DNA of 64,000 bases. It comes from Mobula hypostoma. Its lineage: Eukaryota. Position 1 is the stretch's first letter; every line of letters starts with the position of its first letter. Made by a program: the position numbers and the translations under genes. The stretch covers positions 126,668,001-126,732,000 of the forward strand of contig NC_086097.1 in assembly GCF_963921235.1 (NCBI RefSeq), read 5' to 3'. Below, in pieces: positions 1 through 13,035 of the stretch. The notes under the pieces were generated by a model, which was not told the DNA's origin, made no database searches, and was given only the letters and a program-made list of their open reading frames with translations.

Positions 1-79
1 ACTTGGCTTTGTGTCGTAAAAATCACACTATAGGTTGTTTCCAAGGTCCCTGTAATGTGGGGTCACCTTCAGTGAGACA

Positions 80-690
80 TTAGACCATAAGAGATAGAAG
101 CTGAGTTAGGTCATTCAGCCCATCAAGACTGATATTCTCTCAACTCCATTTCTTCCCCACCATAATTTATAACCCCCTTACCAATTTAAAAACCTATCAG
201 TCTCTGCTTTAAATGCATCCAATGGCTTAGCATGCATGGCAGTCTGTGGTAACGAGTTCCACAGATTCACCACCCTCCTGAAGAAGTTCCACCTCACTTC
301 AATTTTAATCGGCCTTACTTTACTCTGAGTTCGTGCTGTTGGATGATGGACTCTCCTACTAATGGAAATGTCCTCTCCATGTCAACTCTTTCCAGGCCTT
401 TCTGTATCTGCATTCACCAGCAACTTTGATGTGTGTTGCTTGAATTTCCAGCATCTGCAGAGTTCCTGTTGTTTGCCTTTCTGTATCTGGTATGTTTTTA
501 AATGAGATGCCCCTTCATCCTAATGAACTCCATTGAGTATAGACCAGAGACATCAAAGTGGCCTCATAGATTAACCATTTAATTTCTGGACATTTTTGCG
601 AACCTCCTTTGGGCCCTGTTAAGGGCCAGCACATCTTTGGGCAGAAAATTGCCCACAATATTACAAATGTGATCTGACTGATATTTTAAT
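80..690 (-). mobile_element. CR1 LINE 3' fragment, degenerate
   Basis: Resembles the intact CR1 3' end at 21421-22213 (ccattcagccc..., ttccacagattcaccaccctc..., gaagaag). Confidence 0.75.
411..474 (+). mobile_element. 64-nt Penelope-like 3'-tail insertion with a 15-bp TSD
   Basis: gcctttctgtatctg occurs at 396-410 and 475-489, flanking ...tgtgtgttgcttgaatttccagcatctgcag... Confidence 0.75.
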
Positions 691-1108
691 TATTGTAGGG
701 AGACTTGTATAAACTTATGAGAACATGTGTCAAGCCAACAATTTGAGCAAATTTAGTATCTTCGGGGAAAACTAACCTTAATTTTTGTTTTCAAGGATGT
801 TCTATCCAATCCGTCTTCACCTCCCATCTTAAAATAAAAAATATGATTAATTTTGAACTTTTTTCTGGTTTGATTAAATATTTCATTTTCTTAATTGAAG
901 TACTTGTTTTGCAGAGACACTAAAATTTCTGATTTTTAGACAAATTATGTCAGAAATTTTCTAGTATTTGTGCTAACAATTTAAGGATTCTTTTGTGTTA
1001 AAATGTACTGAAGTGTAGAAATAGATTCATGTTACAGTACAGAACAAAGTTTTTTTTATACATAATGTACAAGCTTCTAGACACACTTTGTTTTATCTTG
1101 CTCCGTAG

Positions 1109-1202
1109 TGGGGATATGCTGAAGAATCACCATGATATCGTCCTTGGACTGACAGGCAATTGTGCAAGTAAACTTAATGAAGCAGAGAAGATGCTGCAAC
1201 AG
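1109..1202 (+). CDS. DSP: DSP exon 2 equivalent (94 nt, phase 2->0)
   Basis: ctccgtag|T GGG GAT ATG...CAA CAG|gtattc; GDMLKNHHDIVLGLTGNCASKLNEAEKMLQQ resembles human ...LLQNCSDCLMRAELIVQP. Confidence 0.75.
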
Positions 1203-2332
1203 GTATTCTTTCTTCTGTTGAAACTAGAATTCACTCCAGTAATTCCTGTCATTGCACCTACCAGCAAAATCAAATACTCCTATTCCCACAGTCATCAAGA
1301 TCAAAAGTAGTTTGCAAAAATACTATAATTTTTGATTCAATTAAAAGTATGTGATTCTTGTATGCTCTTAATAAGTTGCAAGGTCCTGTTTTAAAATTGT
1401 CCTTCCTGATCTGGAGGTTTAAATTTGATTTTTAACTTTGGTGTAATTTTAATGTATGGCTTCAGGCTATGGACTTCAAAGCTTTTTTTGTGCCTGTAAC
1501 CATTTTAAACCATTTTTTAATCCATGTACCTGTCCTGATCTCTTTCAAATGCTGTTGTTGTACCTCTCTGAGCCACTTCTTCTGGCAGCTCATTCCAAAA
1601 ATGTGGCACCCTATGCAGATCTATTTATTATATGCACATCAAAACATACAGTGAAATGCATTGTTTACATTAACTTTGTGGGATGTGCTGGGGACAGCCT
1701 GCAAATATTGCTGCATATTCCGGCACCAACAGAACATGCCCACAGTGTTCAGCAGAATCTCACGAGCAGCAAGGACAGCAAAACACAACAAAATCAAAGC
1801 AAGCCTTTCTCAAATTCCTATTAAATTTCATTCCCCCCTCCCACCTTAAACCTTTGCCTTGTAGTTCTTGATTCCTTAATCTGTGGGGAAAAGGGTGCAT
1901 TCACCCTATCTATGCCCCTTATGATTTCATACACCTCTATCAAAGCAAGTTATCATGACAACCACAATTTCTGCAGTAGTTCAATTCTTGGCCTTTTCTG
2001 TTGTCTCTCAAGCTTTGTGGCAGAAATTGTAATTATTTTAATTAGTCCCACACACCATGTGAATAATTTATTCATGCAGAGTAGGACTGTTTATGTTGTA
2101 TACAGCTCTTGTGTTCCTTTCAAATCCCATATGTGGGTAATTCCTTCTTTACAGTTAACTGATTGTTTAAATATTTAAAAGCTGCCTTGTCTGTTTTATT
2201 TGGAGTTGTCAATGTTGGTGGTTATTGATAATAGTTTGCAAATGGAAAATTATGTGGTAAGGGGAAATCTAATAATCGTTTGTGTGCAATGAGTGTGCTC
2301 TTTAAATCATTCATTCTGTGCCACGTTGTTTG

Positions 2333-2685
2333 ATGTAGGCGATCATGGTCAATCCATGACCATGATTGTGCTTGGTAAATGTTTTTTCTACAGAAGTAGT
2401 TTGCCATCGCTTTCCTCTGAGCAGTGTCCTTACAAGATGGATGACCTTTAGCCTTTATCAATACTCATCAGAGCATGTCTGCCTGACGTCAGTGGTCATA
2501 TAACCTGGACTTGTGATATGCACCAGCTCCTCATACGACCATCAACCACCTTTTCCCATGGCTTCAAGTGACCCTGATCGGGAGGGCTAAGCAGGTGCTA
2601 CACCTTGTCCAAGGGTGACCTACAGGTTAACAGAAGGAAGGAGTACCTCCCACCTTATTGACACATCTCCACCCTGCCACCCACG
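2333..2685 (-). mobile_element. SINE-like element with an RTE/BovB-type 3' tail
   Basis: The reverse complement contains gaaagcgatggcaaactacttctgtag, similar to the RTE tail motif gaaggaaatggcaacccactccag. Confidence 0.45.
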
Positions 2686-3137
2686 TTCAACCATTAGATT
2701 AGCAGTGAAAAGAAATCTTTAAGTTGTGGCTGTACGTATTTTGTGATTATGCTATGTAATTGCCCTAAGTGTTTTTATTGGGGATGCATTTTTTTTTGAT
2801 CACCACACATTAATTTTGTTCTAAGTACAGTGGATCAATTTGGACACATCAGGACTGGTACATTTTGGCCCAATTAAGCGATTGTTCCAATTAGCTGAAG
2901 TTTCATGGAACTAGTTTAAAAAAATAAATTACCATTTAACTGAGTAAATGTTTATGTATTTAAATGTAACATAGAGCAAATTGGAACACTGCCAGTGCCT
3001 CTACAATGTTTTGAGAATTTGACAGTGCTTATCTTGGCAGGAATGTGTGTGTGTGTGTGTGGGGGGGGGGTGGGGAGCACAGTTGGGAGTTAGGCAGTTG
3101 AAGGATTAACTGAACCTGTGCTTATTTTTCATGCTAG

Positions 3138-3289
3138 GATTTGAATGCTTTTGATCATGGTTATTTTGGGAAATACAGACTCCGGATTGATGGATTGTTA
3201 CAAAGTGCTGGTGAAGACCTATCAAACATTGAAGAAGGCATTGAAGAATTACAGCGTAATGGGATTTCCACTAAAGCACTGCAATCTAG
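3138..3289 (+). CDS. DSP: DSP exon 3 equivalent (152 nt, 0->2)
   Basis: tttttcatgctag|GAT TTG AAT...CAA TCT AG|gtgtgg; open frame and phases fit both neighbouring exons. Confidence 0.8.
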
Positions 3290-3323
3290 GTGTGGAAAAC
3301 CACTTCCCCTGCCAAAAGTGCTC

Positions 3324-3325
<2 letters not shown>

Positions 3326-3397
<72 letters not shown>
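3326..3397. repeat. Compound (TG)n(TA)n microsatellite
   Basis: Directly visible. A second (TG)n plus G-run lies at 3044-3075, so exon 3 is flanked by TG tracts on both sides. Confidence 0.98.
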
Positions 3398-3668
3398 ATC
3401 TCTCTCTTCCCTACTTGCTCTTTTGCTCTGTTTTCTCCTTATTTGTCTTTCCTCTGCCACCTTTTCCCCACCCTTTCTGTCTGCCTCTCTCCTTCAAAGT
3501 CAACTCCCCTCCAACCCCTCTCTCTCACTGTCATCTTAGAATTCCCACAGTTCTTTTTCTAGTTGGGGACGGTTAATCTATTTCATTACTCTGCTTTGAA
3601 TAATGCATACCTTTACCAATGTTGTTCAGTGGGGGAAAAATAAACAAAATATTTTTGAATCTTTGCAG

Positions 3669-3837
3669 TATGTTTCATCTCCAAAGTCAGATGAATGCTA
3701 TTGCGAAAACTATCACTGATCGTTGGTCAGAACGTACCAAGTCACTGTATAACATCAACCAAAGACCCTCGGATTCCTGGGATGAAGAGCTTTCAAGGTC
3801 GGCCACTGAGCTAATTAGCTGGATAAGGCAGCAAAAG
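3669..3837 (+). CDS. DSP: DSP exon 4 equivalent (169 nt, 2->0)
   Basis: ctttgcag|T ATG TTT...CAG CAA AAG|gtaaac; ends WDEELSRSATELISWIRQQK. Confidence 0.88.
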
Positions 3838-4671
3838 GTAAACATGGTCATTAAGAGAATTGATCTATTTAAGTTCAGTTTTCTATTATGAGTTCCCTTG
3901 TCATTCTTATTTTCTTCCCCTTGAAAGAGATACCACTAAGTTGTAAGCTTTCTCATTTCCAATGAAAATTACACCAGGATTTGGTGTTCAGTAGAAGCTG
4001 ATCTTGGGTGAGATTCATGTGTGTGTATTAAAGACATTATCTGGAGGTAATTGTAATGACAGGATCTGGCAGCGTGTGCAGCAATGATTGAGACATTTTG
4101 CAATGTTATTGTGCTACAAACAAGGTTTCACCCCAAAACATTGATGTTTCTGCTTGTTCCTCCAGCAGATTGTCTGTTGCTTTACAAAATGCTCTGTGCC
4201 TTTTAATTTTTGCTGAAGGTACCAAGCTTAAAGCAGGATACTGGAAAGTTAGGAAATGTTAAAAAGGGAAATTGCTGGGAATATTCAACTAGTAGTGCAG
4301 CTTCTTCCGAGAGAAGAGACAAAGTTGCGCAAGCTGTTAAATGAGCAGAAACACCAGCCATATCCCTCTGAACAGATGCTGACTTCCCTGTTGAATAGTT
4401 ACAGCATTTTCTGCTGTTAAATGAGGGGCATATGAGGACCCCATATAATCATATTCATCTCAAAATAATTCCCTCATCTTTGCCCTCTGCAACACCATCC
4501 CTCCCCTGCTAAATGCTGCTATTTTGCTCTTCCAAATCCAAGGCTGGTCATGTTTGAGTGAAAAGTGGAGAGAATTCTACATCACCCAGCCTTTCAACAG
4601 TGTAACACTTGTAAAATCTGTTATTCATGTGATGAGTATTATTTCGTACTACCTAATTTTGGCTGACAAAA

Positions 4672-5205
4672 AGATCAGAATCCAGTTTGATATCACTGGC
4701 ATGTGTCGTGAAATTTGTTAACTCTGTGGCAGGAGTACAATGCAATACATGATAAATATAGAAAAAACTAAATTACAGTGAGTATATTAAATTAAAATAA
4801 GAGGGCAAAAACAGAAATTTAAAAAAATAGTGAAGTTGTGCTTATGGGTTTGATGTCCATTCAGAAATATGATGGCAGAGGGGAAGAAGCTGTTCCTGAA
4901 TTGCTGAGTGTTTGCCTTCAAGCTTTTGTACCTTCTACCTGACAGTAATGATGAGAATGATTGGGTGGTGGGGGTCCTTAATGATGGACGCTGCCTTTTC
5001 AAGGTACTGTTCCTTGACGGTGTCTTGGATATTATGGAGGCTAGTACCCATGATGGAGCGGACTAATTTTACAGCTTCATGCAGTTTTTTCCGATCCTGT
5101 GCAGAAGCCCCCCCCCCACACACTCCAGATGGTGATGCAGTCAGAATGCTCTCTATGGTACATCTGTAAAGGTTTTTGAATGTTTTAGGTAATATCCTGA
5201 TGTGC
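4672..5205 (-). mobile_element. Rex1/Babar-type LINE 3' fragment
   Basis: ORF remnants NLYRCTIESILT, AASIIKDPHHP, LLSGRRYKSLKANTQQFRNSFFPSAI. Confidence 0.85.
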
Positions 5206-6731
5206 ATTGTGCACATAGTTGATGATACCTCATCACGTGGTTCAAACCAATGGGTTCAAGTATCCTAGGCTTCCTGGGAGTGAAAGAATATCTGTCTCCT
5301 GTGTGGAGAGGAGCCTTTCTAGAAGCCTTATTTCTTAGCACAACAGTTGGGGGATTTAATTCCATGCTTTTATATAAAAGGCTACTGTTGGTAACATGAG
5401 CCATGAAATTACTGGATTGTTGTAAAAGCCCATCAGGACAGATAACCTTCCACTTTTGCCTAAACTGGCCCAATCATTAGCAGAATACAGGCAGAGCGGT
5501 TGACCCTTGTTTGAGCAATAATGTTGGCCTCGACTGTGGCATCTACACAATTTGATTAAATGAAAGTAACTTGGCGTGCAAATTATGCAAGGGGAACATG
5601 TTATGTACTTGAATGTCTGGGACAAACATAGACACATGTCCATAATCTTGATTAATGTCACACTTAGGTGATTATTTGGGTTGATGGTGAATCCTTGCCT
5701 ACTCTGCTCATCTGAACTATTAATATATGGACTTTGAGTGCAGAACTTGCATCCTCTTCCCACAAGAGTCAATGCAATTAATTCCCTTTCTTATATTCTC
5801 TCTGTGCTATCCATATTTTTATGAGCTCAGCCTGCCAGAAAACTCCAGGACCTATTTGTATCAGTGTTTAGTGCATGTGCACTATTTTGGAAAATCGTCT
5901 TGAGCGTAAGATCTGTTTCCTACTTCAGTGTCAGCATATTGTTGAAAATATAATTTCAGTGACACAAGCCTTAAGTGTCACTACACTTATTTGTTTTAGT
6001 CATAAGCTACTGAAGTATATTCGTTGTTGTGAGTATTAATACTAGCAATATTTCATTACTTTCATGTTGCTTGGTTAAATGGATTATGTTGTATAAAATA
6101 ATTTTTGCTAAATCAACGAGGTTGTGGTAATGGGTATTCTATCTATCTATGGCCTGTTCTGTCAGTGTAACTTGCGTAATGTGTATATAATGCACTGCAG
6201 AGTTGAGAACAAGGTCAAAGTAATGCAGTACTGGAACCGTGCAGTATGTTGCACAAGGTAAAGTTGAAATGTGATGTCAGAGGAAGGATACTGAAATTTT
6301 GCAGTGGAGGTGGTTTAATTGTCTGAAATAATCTTTGGGTAAAGGACTTCGAGTGCAGAACTTGCCTTGGAAGGGGGAGAGACAATATTGAAGAGAATAA
6401 TTTGGTAGCACATATGGGAGTTTTTCCTTCCTGAGATGGACTTAAAATGTTTAAATCCAGCAGTATCAAATGCAGAGAAGATTACTATTGACAGATTACT
6501 ATGCCGACAGTTCATACATTCTAAATCTTGTGTACTCTTTGGATATGTCTGTGGCCTGAGTCCTCTGTTGCATATCATATCAATTCACTGCTATGCACAG
6601 TAATATTTATAAATGAAACTTATCAACTCCAACATAGTATTCAAATAGAATTATGTAACAGAATGGTTTTGAGGGGATGCTTCAAAAATCTACACTCTTG
6701 TCAGATTTTCCTTTCTTTTTCCTCTGTGCAG

Positions 6732-6860
6732 CTTCAGTTAGACTCTCAAGAATGGGGTGTGGATGCGGCCTCTGTAGAGCAGCAGATGAGTAATCACAGA
6801 AGGTACCATAAGAGCCTTGAAGATGTTCGCTGGAAAATAGAGAAAATGAAATCAGAGCAG
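6732..6860 (+). CDS. DSP: DSP exon 5 equivalent (129 nt)
   Basis: ctgtgcag|CTT CAG...GAG CAG|gtaagt; LQLDSQEWGVDAASVEQQMSNHRRYH is a plakin WG-D motif. Confidence 0.95.
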
Positions 6861-8199
6861 GTAAGTGTCCAAAGTCGTTGTCCAGTGCTACCTTTGTCCT
6901 GGCTGTGATTCACTCGTTGCGAAAGGAAGTGTGTGTGGAAAGAAGGTCATTGCTCTATCATAGTACTCAAAGATCCATTTATCCAAAGAAATTCTCCAAG
7001 CAGACTTCTGGTATTCTAGATCCAGCCAAAAATGGGATGTTTTCACTTGTTTAAAAACTTCATTTTCTGAACGTGTGTTAAAATCTTTGACTAAGAAGAG
7101 CAAGACATCATGGCTGGAGATTTTTTTTGCTCTTCTGATGCAAAGGATTTTATGATTTGCTGTTGTTTAAAGTGACAAGATGGGAAGTTGCAGCTCCGGA
7201 CTGCTGCGTTAATGAAGTCACAGGAGAGAAGTACTGATAGATAAAAAGCAGTCTCTTGACACTATCACAAACAAGCTGATGGCCTTCGGAGGGAGGGAGG
7301 GTGAGAGGGTCCCCCCCCCCCTCGGAGTAAGAGGTCTGCTTGACCCAACACTACATGACATTTTATGTGCTAAATATCAAAGAAAAAATCAGGACAATTC
7401 AAACAAACCCATATTTACAATGCTCCCATTGAACTACATGTAACAGTTTCAAATGCCTGGATCTTCCCAGGAACACACCCCCCCTGTCTGCACCTATATT
7501 ACAGGCACCCAAGTACACACAAGTAATGAATTTAAATCAACATGTCTGTTCTTCAATTCACTTGGTTCACTGTTCTTGGGAACCGACGACTCAGAGCTGC
7601 ATTTTGGACTTAATCCATGGTTCCTATTTGAATCCGAACGTTAGTATCAGAGGTCAGTTAAAGTTGCATACTAACCCCAAAAATTGCGCTACCCTGGCAG
7701 TTTATGGATACTTGAAACGTGACAGAAATAGTGATTCTCACAAAATATTGCCTGGCCTACTGAGTTCCTCCAGTATTTTGTGTGTGTTACTCGGATTTCC
7801 AGCATCTACGGATCTTCTCTTGGAAGTAATGATTCAGACTGGTTTATTGTCACATACACTAGGGCGCAATGGAATTGCGTGCTCACGTGAAGCTCAGAGC
7901 GTGAGCAGTAGATAGGGTAATAATAAATGCCACTCTAGATATAGTGGGCACAAAATGACAGAAAAGTACATAGTATATGAGGAAGTGCTAGAAGTGTTTT
8001 AGCACGTGGAGAGATCATTCGACATACCTTGGACTAGGTCGACAGATATTGATCTTGTATTGGAAATAAGGTAGCCAATGTGAAAGGGGAAGCTGAAGAT
8101 GTTCGGTAAACATTACATAGTGCAATGTGGTTGCTTTGTTGTAGGTTCGTGGGCTCTAGTAATGATTGGATTGTTCTAATATGGCTATGAGTTCCTTAA

Positions 8200-8645
8200 G
8201 GATTAGAGATACCACGATAGCAATTCCACCCCCCGCCCCCCATTCCCTATTCTGACCTTTTACCTCTTCTCACCTGCCTGTCCTCTCCTCTTACTCCAAT
8301 GGTCCACTCCTCTCCTATTAGATTCCATCTTCTCCAACCCATGACGTTTCCCACCCACCTGGCTTCACCTACCACCTTCTAGCTATCCTCCTTCCCACTA
8401 ACCCCTGCCCCCCCCAACCATTTTATATTGGCTTCTTCCCCCTTCCTTTCCAGTCCTGAAGAACGGTCTCTGCCTGCAACATAGAACATAGAAATCTACA
8501 ATACAATACATTACAGGCCCTTCGGTCCACATGTAACCTACTCTAGAAACTGCCTAGAATTACCCTACCTATACGTCGACAGTGTATTTACTTCCATAGA
8601 TGCTGCCTGGCCTGCTGAGTTCCTCCAGCATTTTGTGTGTGTTAT
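8200..8645 (+). mobile_element. Penelope-like element 3' region with a hammerhead-type motif interrupted by a CR1 tail (8481-8574)
   Basis: Pyrimidine-rich tract, then cagtcCTGAAGA..., then gatgctgcctggcctgctgagttcctccagcattttgtgtgt; same tail as the GIY-YIG-bearing copy at 47250-47900. Confidence 0.75.
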
Positions 8646-10174
8646 TATGAAAGCCTTTCCACGTATCAAAACATATCTGGAAAGTCTTCAATGGCATTGT
8701 TTACCCAGGGTTCTATCTCTCTGTATCATTGACACTCGAATCCCACAAAATGAATCATGGCAAAGTATCATCTCTTGGCTGAAGAAAATGTGAATAGAGA
8801 GCAGAAATGTACATCGAAGGTATTGTCAGCGAAAAGTTTTCTCAAAAGTGATCATTTAACAGAAATCTACAAGAGACTATAGGGCAGATATTTATCCTGT
8901 CACATGCAGAAAGAACAATATAATAGCAACAATATTTTGAACTTAATTTCAAAATGTACTGTTTCTGTAGAATTCAATACCAAATTTCTGCAAGGGCCTT
9001 TTCTCCCATGAACTGCACTAGGCAGGTTTAATGTTAGGGCAACTGCATTTTATACATGTTAAAGAATATGATGCCCTCTGCTGGTAATTTTTAAAAGTTT
9101 TTTTTAGTTGTATTGTTTTCATGAGTTTTGCAGCAAAGAAAATCTTGGCCAGAATACTCGAATAATTCATAAATATGTCAAAGTGCAGCAGAATCCCTTT
9201 TACTGCACGTTGGTTTGCCTACTGTTGCTTTAAAATATCCAAATCCAAGTGTATAAATACTTGCACAATTTGGATTGTATGCCTTCGAGTAAAGTCAACC
9301 TGAAATTTGCAAGGTAAAAATAATTTTGGTTTATGGCTAAGTATCCCTGGACATTCCATGACCACCCATATTAAGAGTTTATAAATATTTATTTTCATGT
9401 CCTTGCAGCATAAATGGAGGCTGTTCTGTCCACTGAGTCCGTTGTTATTCTCACCTGAGCACATAGTGACATTTCTTCTCTTATCACATGTGCTTTTATG
9501 TGTGTAAATTTTTACAGATAAGAGATCTGAATGTGGACCAATGCCGTCACATCATGAAATCATAAGCATTTTTACAATGCTGCATAAAGGAATTCTATTC
9601 CGAGCATGCCTCCTGTTGTTGGCACGGCCAGCTTTTTTTTTTGCAGTTGGTATGTGATTCACCTGCTATGTTTGATGCCTTGAGGATGTTTAGCGCAAGG
9701 CAAAGTTAAGTATGCTTCGATAGTATAGAACTTAGCTGCTGGACATGTGTAGACACTGCACTAGAATGATGTCCTCAATTATATAAAAATTAGCTGGCAT
9801 AGAATTTCCATTTCATTGTGCAAAATACAAATTATTAATTTGCTTTGCTCTATGGGAACATGAGATGCCCGGCACCCAATTTGTATATTGATTGAATCTG
9901 AATGCTGGGTGGATTCCTACCTCATTTAACGGTCACCAGTATTACATAGTCGGGAAGGAACTGTTACGGGCATGCACAACTGCATCCCATGAAATCTCAT
10001 GGCATTGTTAATTTCAGGCAAGGAAGCCTTCTGCTGATTAATACCTACTGCCCACCAACCCCACCCCTGAGCTAATGAATTGGTACGACCCCATGCAGCA
10101 CATCATTTTGCTTTCAATTATATTGTGAGCTTTATCGCAGGTGCCCTACAGTTATCTCCCATGAAAATGCAGGA

Positions 10175-11232
10175 TAGAATCAAACCAGGTTTAATATCAC
10201 TGACACATGTCATGAAATTTGCTTTGTTGCAGCAGTACATTTGAATGCATTATTAAAAACTATAAATTAAAACAGATATATTACAATTAAATAAGTGCAA
10301 AGAAAGAAAAAATGGGGAGGAAGTGTACGTGGGTTCATTGTCTATTCAGAAATATGATGGCGGAGGGGATGAAGCTGTTCCTAAAATATTTGAGTGTGTG
10401 TCTTCAGACTCCTGTACCGCCTCCTTTCTGGTAGCAATATGGTAGAAGAGGGCATGTCCTGGATGAGGGGGGTCCTTCGTGATGGACACTCCCTCTTTCC
10501 AGCATGTCCTTTTGAAGATGTCCTCGATAGTAGGGAGGCTAGTGCCCATGACGGATCTGGCTGAGTTTGCGACTTTCTGCAGCTTTTTCCGATCCTGTAG
10601 TGGCCCCTGCATGCCAGATGTTGTTGCAACCAGTTAGAATGATCTCCGTAGTACATCTGTAGAAATTTGTGAGAGTCTTTTTGACAGGACAATTCTCCTC
10701 AAACTCCTGATGAAATATAGTCACTGTTGTGCTGCCTTTGTGATTGCATCAATATACTGGATCCAGGATAGATCTTCAGAAATGTTGGCACCCAGGAACC
10801 TGAAACTGCTCACACTTTCCACTACTGATCCCTCAATGAGGAGAACTGGTATGTGCTTCCTTGACTTCCCCTTCCTGAAATCCATGTCCTTGGACTTACT
10901 GACGTTGAGTGCAAGGTTGTTGTTGTGACACCACCCAACCAACTGATCTAGCCCACTCCTGTGGGCTGACTCGTCACCATCTCCAATTCTGCCAATAATA
11001 GTTGTGTCATCGGCAAGTTTATAGGTGGTGTCTGAGCCATGCTGAGCCACACAGTCATGGGTGTGGAGAGAGTAGAGCAGTGGGCTAAGCACGCAACCTT
11101 GATCAACCAGTGTGGATTGTCAGTGAGGAGCAGCTGTTATTTCCAATCTTGTGCAGACTGTGGTCTCCTGATAAGGAAGTCAAAGATCCAGTCGCAGAGG
11201 GGTACAGAGGCCCAGGTTTTAGAGCTTGATGA
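10175..11232 (-). mobile_element. Rex1/Babar-type LINE with reverse transcriptase remnant
   Basis: LSPLLYSLHTHDCVA...YKLADDTTIIGRI...WCHNNNLALNVSKSK...FRFLG, plus C-terminal LTNFYRCTTEIILTGC and KDPPHPGHALF; frameshifted. Confidence 0.92.
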
Positions 11233-11547
11233 TGAATAATAAGTATAGTGTTGGATAGTAATTTAAATTTATAAAATGCTAGGATGTGACCCTCAGCTGC
11301 ATTTTTATTTTTAATCATTAAGTGGTACAGACAAGCTGCATGACATTGATAATCTTTCTCTGGTCCCCAACACAATATTTTCCTTGGGTTAAAATTTCTA
11401 ATGCCCTCTGCCCAACCTCTGTCCAACCTCTGTCCTGTGGTGTCTTTTTGCTGGATGTGCTTGTGTTGGCTAAAGTGCAGAAGAGAATAGACTGGAGAAT
11501 TTTCATTTTGGGGAGAGATTGTGCTTGTTTGCCATGGAAGAAAGGAA

Positions 11548-11890
11548 GCTGAGGGGGGTGACCTGATAGAACAATGTAAGATTATGACCGCCAGAGGTAT
11601 CTTTTTTTTCCCCCTAGGGTAGAGCTATCAGAAATAAGGGGGCATGGGTTTGAGGTAGGTAAGGGGACCTTGGGGAGTAAGGTTTTATGCAGCAGTTGAT
11701 ATCTGGAGCACACTGCCAGAATAAGATGGAGGAATCAGATCCAGTCACTATGTTTAAGAGGTGTTTAGGTAGACATTAAATGGACAAGGTATAGAAGGAG
11801 GTGGACAAATGTGATTAGTGTAGGTGACAAAATAGGTAGGTATGGATGTGGTGGGCAAAAGTACTGCCCTCTGCTGTGTCATCACTCTGT
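11548..11890 (+). mobile_element. CR1 LINE 3' fragment
   Basis: gctgaggg..gtgacctgatag, ggggcatgggtttgaggt, tttaagaggtgtttag and a CR1-like 3' UTR. Confidence 0.7.
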
Positions 11891-12189
11891 GCTGCTGATT
11901 GGAATCTAGAGGTAACGTAGTCGAAATTAGGACCAAGAAATCCTGCTGTCTAGTAATAGGGTTTTTTGGATTTATCAACTGTAGCAAGATTTTTCGTTGT
12001 GACAAGATACCCAAGACCTGATGCCTTGGGTATCGTTTGTAATAGTAAAAATAACTTTAAATTTGAAAGAAGGTGGCATGCAAGAGATTCTAGTGTTGTA
12101 GGCAGTGTTTGGCACAATTTGTATCATGACAGTTTATAGATTTGTCAGATCCATTTACAATATCTGAATTTAAGATGCAATTCCAGTTT

Positions 12190-13035
12190 TAGATGGCGCC
12201 GGTGAAGCATGTCGATGACTTGCTGGTGGCAGATAAAACAAAGAAAGCAACTAAATACTTTATTAATCACACTTCTGGTCAACAACCCCTGCAAACAATA
12301 GACTATAACGTCCCTGTCAGAGCTGAGCTTTTGAACCGCCTGTATGACTTGGCACTTTTACGGTGGGAGCTGAAGTCGCAAAGGTGCAGGACAGTTGTGG
12401 TGTGTGCAGGCCGAATCAGGGCAGCAACTTCATGCCCATTGCTGGTGCTGTCTTGAAGGCAATTTGATCCAGCAGAACTGAGGCTAGGAGGGCGCAGGCG
12501 ATGCGGAGTCAACGCAGCGAGGCCTGGACTTTGGGGCCCCAGAGCGAGGAAAGACCCAAAGTTCAGTCGATTTCAGCGCCAAGCCGAATGGGAAAAGTTG
12601 GGTACGGGCTGAATTGAGGTGGGGGGTGGCAAGAGTGTATCGAAATGGCAGGGAGCAAGATCTGATATTTGGATGATTTAACTGCTGGGCCAGATTGGAA
12701 AGGTCAGGGAGTCAGGGCCGGAGATGAAGGATGGGCTGGTTCAGATCGCTGCTCCATGAGATTTACTCACCTCTACTCTCAACTGTGGGCTGCAACCTTC
12801 CCAGTGTGGGTTCACTTTCCTGAACACACATTCCAAATGTTATATGTTTACTTTTATTATTTGCATGATTTGTTATCTTTTCCCCCTCTGCACATCGAGT
12901 GTTTGCTCTTATTTTGTTTTAATGGGTTCTGTTGGGTTTCTTTGTTTTGTGGCTGCCTGTAAGGAGGTGAATTACGAGGTTGTACAAAATATACATACTG
13001 TCATAACAAACATACTTTGGACTCTGAATTTTGAA
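12190..13035 (+). mobile_element. Non-autonomous LINE-derived (Rex1-associated) element
   Basis: GC-richer block starting agatggcgcc and ending in a T-rich 3' UTR with a tttgaa-type tail; no coding capacity. Confidence 0.45.

Noticed and set aside
3141..3576. Overlapping ORFs with CVCVCV, YIYIYI and HTHTHT runs
   Set aside because: They are translations of the (TG)n(TA)n microsatellite; only 3138-3289 is coding.
5205..5772. Minus-strand ORFs of 106 and 138 aa
   Set aside because: No recognisable domain or splice structure; possibly a decayed repeat that I cannot classify.
9490..9570. Acceptor-like tttttacag|ATA AGA GAT in intron 5 as an extra exon
   Set aside because: The frame reaches TAA after 15 codons with no suitable donor, and exons 5 and 6 already join in frame.
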